From Octopus sinensis (Eukaryota), in the NCBI RefSeq assembly GCF_006345805.1, contig NC_043003.1, positions 39,370,001 through 39,434,000 on the forward strand: a stretch of 64,000 bases of DNA, in the 5' to 3' direction. Of this stretch, positions 27,511 through 40,750 are shown piece after piece (position 1 is the first letter of the stretch; each line of letters starts with the position of its first letter). The notes beneath the pieces were generated by a model, which saw only the letters and a program-made list of their open reading frames with translations, was not told where the DNA came from and made no database searches. Both the position numbers and the translations under genes were made by a program.

Positions 27511-27665
27511 CCTATCTATCTATCTATCTAATCTATCTATATATCTATCGGTCCGTCTGTCTATCTACCTATCTATCTATCTAACTGCCTGTCTATCAAT
27601 CTAGATTGCTAGCTTGTTAGCTATCTGTCTGTCTATGTCTATCTTTTTATATCTGTTTTTCATAG

Positions 27666-27908
27666 CAACTGGTTTTATCTATTGGGACAACTTCTGCATC
27701 CTGTTCAAGCGAAAATTGCAGGAAGATGAAGACGAACGTGAAGTGCGGGAGGCATTCCGTGTGCTGGACAAGAACAACCAAGGAGTGATTGATGTTGAGG
27801 ACTTGCGCTGGATCTTGAAATCTCTAGGGGATGATTTGAATGATGAAGAAATCCAGGACATGATTAACGAAACAGACACAGACGGCAGCGGTACTGTAGA
27901 TTATGAAG
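27666..27908 (+). CDS. TnC: Troponin C exon 4 (EF-hands II-IV): ATGFIYWDNFCILFKRKLQEDEDEREVREAFRVLDKNNQGVIDVEDLRWILKSLGDDLNDEEIQDMINETDTDGSGTVDYE
   Basis: Acceptor tttttcatag, donor G|gtatgg, 243 nt, phase 1 to phase 1. LRWILKSLGD and DTDGSGTVDYEE are characteristic of molluscan troponin C rather than calmodulin. Confidence 0.97.
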
Positions 27909-27983
27909 GTATGGTATATGGTATATATATATGAAATATACATAAGTATACATATTAATATATATACATACAGACATATATAC

Positions 27984-28037
<54 letters not shown>

Positions 28038-28286
28038 TATATATATAAACAAGTGTACAAAAGAGTACCTGTATTGCTAGAAGCAAGAGTCAAAAACGAC
28101 TCAAAAGCCACAAAAAGTACTAACTCAGTAAGCTGAGAAAACTTATTGAGTTGCTGCTTTTTGTGGTTTTTGAGTCGTATTTTATTCTTGTTTCTAGCAA
28201 TGCAGGTGGTACTATTTTGTACCCTCGTTTATAAGTTAGCTTTTAGGTTGGAATTGCTAACGGGCCACCTATATTATAATTTACTA

Positions 28287-28321
<35 letters not shown>

Positions 28322-30844
28322 AAGGAAAAAGTGACTTCACTGGTAGTTTTAATCGATTTAATTTTTTTAATAATATAATTTTACAGACCAAACTGTAAAA
28401 TTATATTATTAAAAAATTAAATTGATTAGAATTACCAGTGAAGTCACTTTTTCCTTTTTCAAATATACCTAACTGTACCAAACTTTTTACACATTTTCCA
28501 ATACACACACACACATGCACACACACTTCCATATTACCTGTCAAAAAAGACGCGTTATATTTTTGTTTCCTTTTCAGTAATTACTAATCTTTCTGTTTCA
28601 AGTGTTGCTATATTTTCTTCCTGTGACTCATTTTGTATTCTTTCAGATATTATCTTTATTCTTTTGATTTTGAGCTTTTCTTCCGTTTCTCCTTGTATTT
28701 CTTGCTGTCATTTAGCAGTATTTCTTTTCTCCAATTCTTATTAAGCATTGCTTTTTGTGATGATCTTCGTCTTCTTTTTACAGTCCGAATCAGGGAATTT
28801 TTCTCGTGAGTGAAAATTTCATCGTCTGTTAAAACGTCAAATGAATGTTTTGTATACGAGAATCCGTTTTCTTACTTTTTCCCTCCAAATGCTTTCTCAG
28901 CTTTATAGTCCATTTTAGTCATTATTTCTTATTAACTTTTCCTCTTTATAAATATAGTTCACTTCCTTTTATCTTTCAGTCAAAATATGCATCCATGTCT
29001 TTCTTTTCTTCTCTTCCTTTCTTAATCTCTTCTGTCACACACGCATTTCTATATCATAACGTGTCCCTCTCTCTCCTTGATTCTCCATCTTCCTCTTGTA
29101 CATAAATATATGTGTGTGTGTGCGCGCGTATGTGTGTCTGTATAGCTGTCACTTTAATTATTCACTCACCCTCCATACCTTTGGTACTTTATCACATTGT
29201 CTTTTGAATAACATCTCTGTAGTAAAACCTATCTTTTTTTCTTTCCACTGCTCTTCTTTTACTTGCACTATACCTTCTTTTCTTACGCGGTCATGAAAAT
29301 CCTCCGTCTGTTTCACTCACTTGTTGCCCTACTTTTCCAGCCTTGTCTCTATGTCTCTTTGTCTCTCTCTTCATCCAATCACTCATTCTCCCGTCTTTCT
29401 ATTTATTTATGTTCTTATCACTTTGATTAGTATAAGCATTGCTTTCCTTTTCTACATATTTACTTTGTCACGTTGCTTCTCAAATCCCACTTTATTTGCT
29501 GTAAAACTCTTCCTTTTTTTTGTATCTCTGCACTCTTATATGAGGTGTCTCTTCCATCTTTTCCCACTCTTTCTTCCATCCATCTCTATATTTCAGTCTG
29601 CTCTCCTGAATATCTCGTTTGATGTCTAATCACTGGTTATTTCTATTACGCTTCTATTCGCTCCCACTCTCTCAATCCCCCATCTATATATTTATCTAAT
29701 CCTTCTATAGTCATAATGTTCACTTTCTTCTTCTCTTACACCTTCAGCATAGACACTATTTTGTCTTAATACATTCCTAAAGTGTAACAGAGTACCAGCA
29801 AACAGAATCAGGATGCATTATATATATATATATATATATGCGCAAGCAATGTTCTTGAGTTATAACCATGACCTCTCTTTACTCTTTTTTTTCTTCCTTA
29901 TTTGCATTCAGTTTTTGACATCACATCCATTGAAAGGAATCTGCTTCAGTTTAGATATTTTCCTCTCTTACTGTTATATATTTTTTATCCAACAGAAGGT
30001 TTGCAACAGACCAAGGTACTTGATAGAAATATCTGACCCATCGCTGGTCAAAGGTTCGAATTCTCGTACTTAGCTGCTGTCCAAGACACGTAATCCTCAA
30101 CGTAGTTGCCAAATGGGCGAGCAAAATGTTCCAATGAGAAAGAGCTTCCACATGGCCGCTAGACGTACTAGAAGTCATGCCTTTTTTAAGGCACAACTAT
30201 GGTCTTTAAAAATGAGTAGAACGGACTAAAATGAATTCGTAGACAGCACCCAAATAGGTGAAGGTGGTCATGAGTGGAATTTCGCTTGTAATATGTCTGT
30301 TCAAAAAGAGTTCACGATCTGGAGTCAAAACTATATCAGTGTAATGTAAAGAGGTTTAAAGAGAAGATACAGCTGACAACTATAAGTTTGTGACGGTGGA
30401 CATATAGATAGAAATGGAATGCACCTTGTGCAGGCTAGCTTGCAGCACCGGGATCAAATCCTACCGAGTGTATATTTCAGATTACCCAGACGCATAGCCA
30501 TTTTTGAAAAATGTGATTTTAGGGAGCTGTCGCTCACCTCCCCACCCCACCCCCTATTAGCTACGCTACTGAGATTGCCCGTTCCATCTTGAAACATCAC
30601 ACGGAGACGAACAAAGCCTTTTGGTCTAACCCCAGAACCTAATTAATTTCGAGGGTTAATTATTTATGTAATCATTATTAATTAAAATATTTTTATTTCA
30701 GCATTTTTAGGATATTTTTACAATGAAGATAACAAAAACGATGAAACTGAGATGCTGATTATCACGCATCCTGCGTTGCAACATCCTCTATTTTACCATA
30801 TATTCTTTCATTTGTACTAGATTTGTATTATTTGTATTATGCAT

Positions 30845-30879
<35 letters not shown>

Positions 30880-32888
30880 CATATATAGATACACATATTT
30901 TTGTACACGCATATATACACATACACACATGAGACAAGTTCATAACAAAGCTGAAATTTTAGTCGGATCATTCGGTCTTTTTCCATACACAATGAAATAT
31001 TTGAAAAGAGAACTGGAAACGGTTATCCCTGCTAATATATATATATAAGCATTAAATTAAAAGAAAGGTGCTTTAAAAGAATATTTGCATAGTATTCAAA
31101 TACAAGGGGCATCTTCCTTGTTTCTGTCTGTCTCTGTCTCTCTTGTTCACTCTTGTGGGCTCGAAGTCGAACCCACAAGAGTAAACAAGATCCCGAACCC
31201 ACAAAAGTAAACAAGAGAAGCAGAGACAGGCAGAAACAAGGAAAATGCACCTTGTATTTGAATACTATGCAAATATTCTTTTAAAAAAACTTTTCTTTTA
31301 ATTTTTCCAAAATTTAATTGTTTTCCATACTTACGGTTGAAAAAGTCTCAATGACTGAAACCGGTAATAAAATGTCTTATAAAATTATCTTAGCATGACT
31401 TTTTTTCCATATATATATATGAAATTATGAATATGAAATAGAGAACGGTGCTTTTTGTTCACATCTTAACTGGGTGGAATCAACATATGTTTCCTCCATT
31501 TGCGAAGATGCTTGGACAATTTCCAACTGGAAACACTCACACTATCTTGGAGGTCTGGCCACCTTATAAGCAGTGCCTGTTGCCAACTTATCGGATCAAC
31601 GATTTTAAAATAGAGAACGTAATTGGCAGTGTAACTGCTTTACGTCTGACCACACTGAAATAGCAGCGGACCTAGTTGTAGACTAGTGGTAAAATTACTT
31701 AAGGATTGGAGCAGGCTGCAACAATGATTCCATCTGTGACTGAAACACTAAACTTTATTTCGTTCAGAAGTGGGCAGGGGAATTAAAGAAATTAGTTTTC
31801 CCAAAGAAATGTAACACTGCTATTAACGTTTCTGCTTAACATAAGTGTCCGCTCAGTCAGATAAATCTGCGGCAAACCACACTCGGCAGTTGTAAAAGTC
31901 ACCTTACAAGTCACGCATATATGTTTGGAGGGGGTGTGGCCATGTCTGTATGTGTCTGCGTGTGTCTGTATGTATACCATGAGCGACAAAGGATATTTAT
32001 AAAAACTGAAACTACAGGTAGACTAAATGTAATTCATGTAAGCGTACATGCATGCATGCATAAATACATATAACCAGTGGTCTAGCATGTTAAAAAAAAT
32101 CGAAGATTTAAATATTATATTTCAATTAATAAGAGAAATGACCACTAAAGGGGATTCCTATACGCCAGAGATAGACGTCAAGTCGCCTTATCACAAAGAA
32201 TGTGTTCTCAAGAAGAAAAAAAAAATACCCAGTAAACGCCAAGATGTAAAAAATAAACAAAGCAAATGAAAATTTACAAAATAAAACGATTGCCTAGGTA
32301 TCATGATTTCATTATTAATACTTTTGCAAGTATTAATAATGAAATCATGAGACGTAGGTAATAGTTTTATTTTGTAAATTTTCATCACTGAAACAAGTAA
32401 AAGATTAGTTTTATACATTCCAGATTTCACACATTGCACTGCGACCATACAATGACACTACCACGTAGAATTTATTGGAACACATTCGTCCCTCTACATT
32501 TTTCACTCTGGTGCATATCAATGTATATTTCTCAAATCACTAAGTTTCATTACATGAGACTGTACCTACATTTATGTGTATGTCTGTGAATGACTACCTG
32601 TTTATATGTATCTATGTGTATTGTTCTTATATATCTGCATATGTGCAACTGTGTCTGAGTATATTTCTATATGTGTTCGTCAATGAGAGTGAGCATGTAT
32701 ATAGGTGGACTTTGACAGAGAAAGAAAGGATGCATGACTTACGCTTATCAATTAAAATCGTACGGTGCTGAAATAAACACACAACTTTCGTTAACCTGCA
32801 TTGTCAATGCTAGTGCTCCATTTGTTTGATTTGATTCTATATCTGGTATGAGTATGATCGTCATGCATGCAACCATGTACGCATGACC

Positions 32889-32957
<69 letters not shown>

Positions 32958-33354
32958 CATTGTCAATAATAATAAGGGTAAAATTTATTTAATTAATTAA
33001 TTAGTAATTAATAATTTTACCAAGCAGTGTTCAGTATGTAAAAGGACCATTTACAGTAAATTATATATATATATATATATATATAAACAATTGCAGCGTG
33101 GAAGGTGTTGTAAGCCATTTAAGAAACACAAAAGCCCACCTATATTCACTTCAACATTTAAGTTTAAGTGAATCGAACGGCTTTTGTGTGTTTCTTAAAT
33201 GGCTTACAAACACCTTCCACGCTGCAATGGTTTTCGTTTCAGCACACGATCTCAGATCAAATCACATGCTATGCGAGTACATCTCCCTATATATATATAT
33301 ATATATATACGTGTATACACAAATATATATACACATATATATATGTATGTATAT

Positions 33355-33396
<42 letters not shown>

Positions 33397-33594
33397 ATAC
33401 GCATATATGTTTGGAGGGGGTGTGGCCATGTCTGTATGTGTCTGCATGTGTCTGTATGTATACCATGAGCGACAACGGATATTTATAAAAACTGAAATTA
33501 CAGGTAGACTAAATGTAATTCATGTAAGCGTACATACATGCATGCATGCATAAATACATACATACATACATACATACATACATACATACATACA

Positions 33595-33625
<31 letters not shown>

Positions 33626-33844
33626 TTCCTTTGTTTTCTATTTTCTATATTTGTATTTTGAAAACTTATAATTTAACCTATATTTTTTTATATTTTTATA
33701 CGGTAATTTTTTCATTGCTGTTACTCATTGCTTTCTTGTTAATTGTTATATTTACATTATATAAATACATTTTGATATATTTCTTGAGAAGAGAAAAACA
33801 AGGAATATATTAAAACGATGTATCTTAATATAACTCTTGTTCTT

Positions 33845-35400
33845 AAGGCGACGAGCTAGCAGAATAGTTAGCACGCCGGGCAAAATACTTAAGGGCATCT
33901 CGATCGTCTTTACGTTCTGGGTTAAATTCCGCCGAGGTCGACTTTGCTTTTCATCATTTCTGGATCGATAAAATAAGTAACAATTGAACACTGGAGTCGT
34001 AACAATTGAACACTGGAGTCGATGTAATCGACTCATTCCCTCTCCAAAATTCTGTCCTTGTGATAAATTTGAAATCATTATTAAGGTAGTAAGCTGGCAG
34101 AATCATTAGCACGCCGGGCAAAATGCTTAGCGGCATTTCGTCCATCTGCACGTTCTGAGTTCAAATTTCGCCAAGGTCGACTTTGCCTTTTGTCTTTTCG
34201 GGGTCGATAAAAAAGTTCCAGTTGAGTACTGGGGCCGATGTAATTGACCTACCTTCTCCCCTTAGCTTGCTGGCCTTGTGCAAAAATTTGAAGCCTATAT
34301 ATTTCAAGTTACTCTTTTCTATTGCATTGTGATATAATTTTATTATAGTTTATTTATTTTTGTTGTTATTATTATTCCATTATGATTTTACTTTTTTTTA
34401 TTTTGATTAATGATTTTGAATTTCCAGTATTTTATTTAATTCCATCACCTCAATTTCCAGCCTCTTAAATGTTTTATATTATTTCAGTGGATGATTTACA
34501 AATTGGCATATTAATTAGAAGGTGGTAGATTTATTGGTATGACTCGGTAGATGGTCAAACAAAATACTTTGTAGTTTTCAGTTACATCTTTTCTTCTTCT
34601 AAATTCAAACCCCACCATAACCGACTTTGCTTTTTCCTATCCTGCGTACCCACGTCTTCTTTGCATTTGAGGTCTAATGCCGAAATCAGAAACCGTTATT
34701 ATATATTAGTAGATGCGCAAGGCAGAGACTGAAAGTAAACCAAACATGAAATCGGTTTTGTTATGAGAGAACCCTGAACACCCCCACGTGACTTAAGGTG
34801 GACTAAACGGTAACAATAAATAAGAATTGAGTGAACTAAGTAGGGGATAGTTCGACAGTGTTTCTTCGACGTGTGTTGGTTAACAGTCGGTAGGTGAACA
34901 GTGACTACTGAGTATCGTACCTACGTTCGAATAGTGCGTTCTGTGTTAACAAATAATTTCTGCGATAGGTTATTTTTAGATAACCACTACCAACTATTTA
35001 TTTTTGTAATACCATTTTACACCGGACGTGTTTACCCACGTCATAACAGGTTCCAGTATGCTTGAGGGGTATTTGAATCCATAAAAGGCTTTTCATTTCA
35101 GTTTGTCATCAAGCAAAAAATTTTTTCTTAATGACAAACTGCACTGAAAAGTCAATTAAGGATTCAAATATTTCTTAGAAATACTTGAACTTGTAGCTGG
35201 CAGAATCGTTAGCACGCCGGACGAAATTCTGCTAAGCATTTTGTCCATCTTTACGTTCTAAATTCAAATTACGCTGACGTCGGCTTTTACTTTCATCCTT
35301 TCGAGGTCGTTGAAATAAGTACCAGTTAAGCACTTGGTCGATGTCACTGACTTGACATCTCCCACAAAATTTCACACCTTGTACCTGTAGCAGAAAGGAT
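33845..35400 (+). mobile_element. Cluster of intronic Meta-like SINEs (about 33845-34080, 34085-34300, partial 34590-34640, 35195-35400), all sense
   Basis: Heads and cores read directly; the first copy has a 19-bp tandem duplication (aacaattgaacactggagtcg). Confidence 0.75.
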
Positions 35401-35516
35401 TGTATTTTTTTAGTCGTGTTTTATTTTTACTTCTTTGTTTTAACATTTGTGCTGTTTACCCGGTGTGATAACGATTTTGCCAGCACGCCGTCTTGAGTCA
35501 AATCAATAATTAATTC

Positions 35517-36004
35517 TTTTTTATTGGCCACAAGGGCTGACACGCATGATTTGAAACATGAAGGGACAAGACAGGACGAAAGGTTACAAAGGGTTTTGTC
35601 CGTTTTTGAAAAACATCGAGTAAAAACTTTATAACAATTAAAAATTAAACAATGAAAAACTCCCAAAAGGGGGAGACGTTTCGAAAGGTTCCTGGTGGAA
35701 AAAACCCTACAAAAGCCAACGGGAGCCTGGTCAAAAAAGGGGTGTAGAGGGTGCCCTTTTTTTCTCCTTTTACATTACCTTTTTGAAATCACAGGCGAAA
35801 CCTGAGAACTGGTCCATTTATACTGGCCAGTCTCGCACAATTCACCCACCTTTCATAAAACTTGCTATCGGACAGCACTTTCCTCTCTAACCTCATCTTC
35901 CTTTTCAAGTGAAACTTGAAAAAGTTGATGAGGCCTTGACCAAAGAGGAAAGTGTCTGACTTTAGCCCTTTCAAACGAGTCCACCACACCACCTCTTTCG
36001 CCAA
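35517..36004 (-). mobile_element. 3' end of an L1/Tx1-type LINE
   Basis: ORF ends AKEVVWWTRLKG...FFKFHLKRKMRLERKVLSDSKFYERWVNCARL...*, followed by a 3' UTR and an A-rich tail on the minus strand. Confidence 0.6.
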
Positions 36005-36007
36005 ATC

Positions 36008-36043
<36 letters not shown>

Positions 36044-37406
36044 CTAGGAACGATCGCAAGAAGTTATAAAAATAAATCTGAAACGATTTAATCGAAGAGA
36101 AGATCGGATTTCTATTTAATGACATTTAATAAGTGACTGTTAGCATTTATGTCTTCGTTTCCCTTGTTCAGAATACCCAAGTCTATTTTTGTATTTTTCT
36201 GGATTGTTTTGATTTCATAATTAGCAGTGCAAATACATATGTTTCCAAACCTTAAGATCGCTGGATCTTCTATAAAACTATGAAACATTTATTGATACGC
36301 ATTTTTATTCGGACATCCTCCTTGCATGTGCGTAGTGTTTCTATTCTTTTTTTCTTCTTTTTTCTTTTTAGCAGTGTGCAATAGTTTGACAACTCTACGT
36401 ACCCAGTTTGCCTGTTATTTGTGATTGTTATTTTTATGTGTTCACAGAATTCAACCCTGAAGAGAAATTGATGTAACACTTGAACACTTGTGCTCTCTTT
36501 TAGAATCTCCTTATACAAACATTCATCCAAAACTTTTCATCGTTATATCATCCTATATTGTTTAGCATCGGTTTTCTTGAATTTTGTGCATTTCTATTGA
36601 CCGACTATCCATAAACTTGTGATTGAACTCATAACTATTTACTTAACATGTGACCTATGCCATCCTGTCACCCTACCATTCGTGTTTTATTTTATTTATC
36701 TTCCCTATATTACCGAGCGCAAATTTATTTCATCCCCTAAATTTTGTTGGGCCACACCCTACACGTGTTCTCTCTGGTGGATTTCTGTTTGACATTCAAG
36801 ATAGGGAATCAAAATCAACGCCTTTCCATCAGACACATGACCTAACCCGTTGACACTCAACCATCCTGATCAAATTTCCATTAAACTGTTTTCATCATTT
36901 CACGTATTTAAATCGCATACGCTTACGCAGCCATATATATTCACATGAAAACACACATCTACATACATACATACATACATACATACATACATACATACAT
37001 ACATACATACATACATACATACATACATACATGCATGCTTCAGTGCAAATATTGGCGCTGTACTTTCTACTCAGACGAAACTATTAAAAAATGTACAGAA
37101 AGAAATATTTATGCTTAGGTAAATGCTAAACGTTCATCACCTTCCTTATAAGGTAATGAACATTTAGCTATTTATATATTTTTAAATGCTTCCAATTCTT
37201 GTCTATCTTTTGTCTTCGTTGAGTTGTTTGTCTTTCATTTTTTTTCTCTTATTGTCAATAACATAGCATTCTCATCTGATCTGTTCATTTTACATTTGTC
37301 TCACATATTACTGTCATTCCTCACCCTACGCAATACACAGGGAAGGAGAGCAAAGGGAAACAACCGCAGAAAAATAAAACAACCCTGGTATTTTGAAAGT
37401 GCTGTT

Positions 37407-37437
<31 letters not shown>

Positions 37438-38438
37438 TTGTTGTTTGCTTTTTATTGATCCCGCGTGAAATGTGCTTACTCATCTGTTTAAGTTCTTCCC
37501 AGATTTATTTTACTTACCTTTTGAATAAAAAAATGTTTTCTTCCTTGTGACAATACTATCACGTCTGTGAAAATTGGGTAAACCCCACATTTTAAATTCA
37601 ACTGGCTTAGGGGAAAAAAAACGCTGTCATAGATGAAAGGAAGAGTTATTAATAATGAGGTTAAAATACAAATTGAGAAGAAAGTAAATCATAAAGGGAG
37701 TTTTAAAGCTGATTGTTCTTTGGAGAAACCCTTCGTTTACAGAGATTGTTTCACTGAAGAACGTTGAATGAAGAAGGGTCTGGACGATCAAATGAACTAT
37801 TTAAGCGACATGACTTTCGATGTTCTGTTCAATCAAAATCCTGGCTAATGTCATGTGCAATATCATTGAGAAACAGTGCTGGACTTTGGGTATTGCAAAA
37901 ACCTTGGGATAGGGATGCCTTGCCAGAGTCAACGCAGAAGAGTCATTGAAGAATAGAAAGTATTGTAAAAAACATTACTGGAATTCATCATGTCAGAAAA
38001 GTATTGCACTGACTTCTGCTATGACATTTCTACTACGACATCTCTGTAGTGTCATATCTGCTGTGGTATCGCTTTCATGGCGTGGCTCTAGTGACTTATC
38101 AATGAAGTCTTTGGAATGAAAGTTCTCCTATAATGTTTAGTTTGGGATATATTTGTTGACAACGCATCTTCTATTTTGTTTCTGCACTAATATTTCTACT
38201 ATAACGTCTATGATATGATGTCTCCGTTATGGAGTAACGGCTTTAGCGCCATCTTTTATAATATGTCTGCAGTGACGGCCATGATATGGAGTTTCTTATT
38301 TTCGTCGGTTATAACAGTCTCAAATATGACATATATGCTATGATGTCTCTTCTGTGATATCTCTACACTGACGTTTCTTGTAGTTGAGAAACATGAGCTA
38401 CTTGTATATTTTGTAGGATCAAAGTCGTCTCATAGATA

Positions 38439-38986
38439 CGAGGGTGAGTCAAAAAGTAATGCCATTTTGTTTAGGACAGGTATAATTTCCAACACAGGAA
38501 CATCAAAATGAGGCTGGTCCTCTGTGAATCACATCACTGTTTCTCAACATAGTCACCGTTTCTCTCAATAGCGATGTTCCACCTTCGAATGAGAGCATGT
38601 ATCCCTGCCCCGTAAAATTCTGTTCTTCGAGCCACTTCTTCACTGCAGTTTTCATTTCCTCGTCACTGGACTATCATCGTCACTGGACTATTATCTCTTC
38701 GGCCCCATGAAAGAGGGCTTGAAAAGCAAACATTATTCCATTGACGAGGAAGTGAAAACTGTAGTGAAGAAGTTGCTCAAAGAATAGTCAACAGAATTTT
38801 ACGGGGCAGGGATACATGCTCTCATTCGAAGGTGGAACATTGCTATTGAGAAAAATGATGACTATCTTGAGAAGTAGGGATGGGATCCTCAGAGGACCAC
38901 TTTCAGTTTGATGTATGATACATGTTCCTGTGTTGGTAATTATACCTGTCCTAAACAAAATGGCATTACTTTTTGACTCACCTTCG
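38439..38986. mobile_element. Palindromic mariner derivative made of two inverted transposase 3' ends
   Basis: TA-flanked TIR CGAGGGTGAGTCAAAAAGTAATGCC at both ends. The right half encodes DY(Y)LFGPMKEGL...HALIRRWNIAIEKNDDYLEK*; the left half is its reverse complement. Confidence 0.9.
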
Positions 38987-39390
38987 TACAATATCCGTCT
39001 GCTTTATCATAGGTCTTCAGATCGAATCTGCTGCAGGCAATTCATCACATATTGGTGCAATATACTTATTTCTATATGCTACTGCGGTTGATCGATGTAT
39101 TGACAGATACTAGAGCATCTGGCAATGTTACGAAAGATAGAAAACTGGCGATCTAATTTGGAGAGAATGTGAATGGTTTATTTCTCTTTCTCTTAATACT
39201 ATACAGCCATGTGACCTGATTATTTTGGGTGCTAACTTGACGTTTTACAGAGTTTACTTGATCTGCAAGAAATAGCAGTCACATCTTCCTCAAACCAAAA
39301 CTTAATGACTTTCAGACATGCTCTACACTCATAAATCTCCTTATACCTGTGGTGTATTTTTTTATCAAATTTCTTATTTAATGTTATACA

Positions 39391-39957
39391 CATCATCATC
39401 ATCATCATTGTTCGACCGTGGTCGAGACAATGGAATTTACCATGCTACGCCAGACTTCACGGTTCATCATGGAATTACGGAGGTCCTGTTGCTGGATGCC
39501 TGTATCCCTGGAGATTACATCAGGGTAGGAGAGTGTGCGCCCTCTGGTATTGCGAGTAGATGGCTTCCAGAGAAGAAGAGTAGAAATTGCCTCGTTTTCA
39601 GCTCTACAACAATGTCCAGCAAACTGGACTCTCCTACCTTTCACAAGAGATGACATAGGTGGTAGTTTCCCATATATTTGCATTTTGGTTGGATGACGCT
39701 TCCACGAGAGATTTTGAGCTCTCATAAGGAGGCGAGTGTAGGTTCCATCCAACCGCCTCTCAAGCTTCTTTGATAACGTCCAGGTTTCTGAGTCATATAG
39801 TAGAATTGGTTCGACTGTGGCTTTGAAGATTTCAAGTTTGAAGTCTCTACTTAGATTTGATGACCAGATCTTACGCATGTCATTACAGGCTGACCAGGCC
39901 ATACCCTTTCTAGTTAGAAAATCTTTTCAAGATGATGATATGTGACCCAATATATTT
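39391..39957 (-). mobile_element. 5'-truncated RTE-clade LINE, 3' end
   Basis: 165-aa open frame with ATVEPILLYDSETWTL...RRVQFAGHCCR...W, ending directly in a (TGA)n tail. Confidence 0.85.
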
Positions 39958-40139
39958 GTTACACACACATACACAAACACACACACGCACACACATACAC
40001 ACTCACAAGTTTGTTTTATTTTCTTATTAATATCGAAAGTTTGTGATAAACCCATAAAACTACACCCGTCCCCTTAAAGTTCTTGACCACACTGAAGTTT
40101 TTAACATCATCCTAAATCCTGAAGTTCATACATATGACT

Positions 40140-40750
40140 TTATTTTTCAAAATTCATTTATTTGGTTTTATTTTATATTTTTAGTTCGTTTATTTTTAGT
40201 TCTAGTTTTAAAAGACATTTTTTAAATTTCTTTTTAAATTCATTACATTTTTTTATTTTTTAAATTCATTTCTTTTGAAAATTTTTCATTTTTATTTTCA
40301 CTTATTTTTATTTCATTTTGAAATTCACTTTTTTTTTTCAAAATTCATTTATGTTTTATTATCATTTAAAGTTATTTTTATGTTTTTAATTTTTTAGTTT
40401 TATCTTTATTTTGATTTTATTTTTTAAATTCAATTTTATTTTCATTTATTTTATTTTATTTTGATTTTTAAAATACACACATATATATTTTTTAATTTTT
40501 TATTTCATCTATTTGGTTTTACTTTTTTAATTAGATTCATTTAAGTACTTTTAATTTTTTTATAAAATCTGTTTATTTTAATTTTTTCGGCTAGCGTATT
40601 TATTTTCGTTTTATTTCTTATTTTATTTATTTTTAATATGTACAATTTCTTTAAACATTTAATTGTTTTTATTTTAGTTTTTAAATGTATTTAATTATTC
40701 TATATATTTATTTGCCTTTTATTTTGGTTTTGTTGAAATTTTTACTTCAT
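40140..40750 (+). repeat. About 600-bp T-rich low-complexity tract upstream of exon 5a
   Basis: Degenerate ttttatttt/ttcattt repeats, almost free of G and C. Confidence 0.85.

Noticed and set aside
25610-27908. Calmodulin assignment for the EF-hand gene
   Set aside because: Loops I-III are non-canonical and the sequence is far from the highly conserved calmodulin; the motifs fit molluscan troponin C.
36448-36476. Possible third terminal exon (cacag|AA TTC AAC CCT GAA GAG AAA TTG ATG TAA, EFNPEEKLM*)
   Set aside because: It restores E-F, but a proline would break the helix, the LM register differs from 5a and 5b, and AG-A(A/G)-TT(C/T) is expected several times by chance in 19 kb of AT-rich intron. 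Junction reads would settle it.
39251-39261. Acceptor-like site giving EFT*
   Set aside because: It would delete the last helix of EF-IV and has only a short pyrimidine tract; most likely chance.
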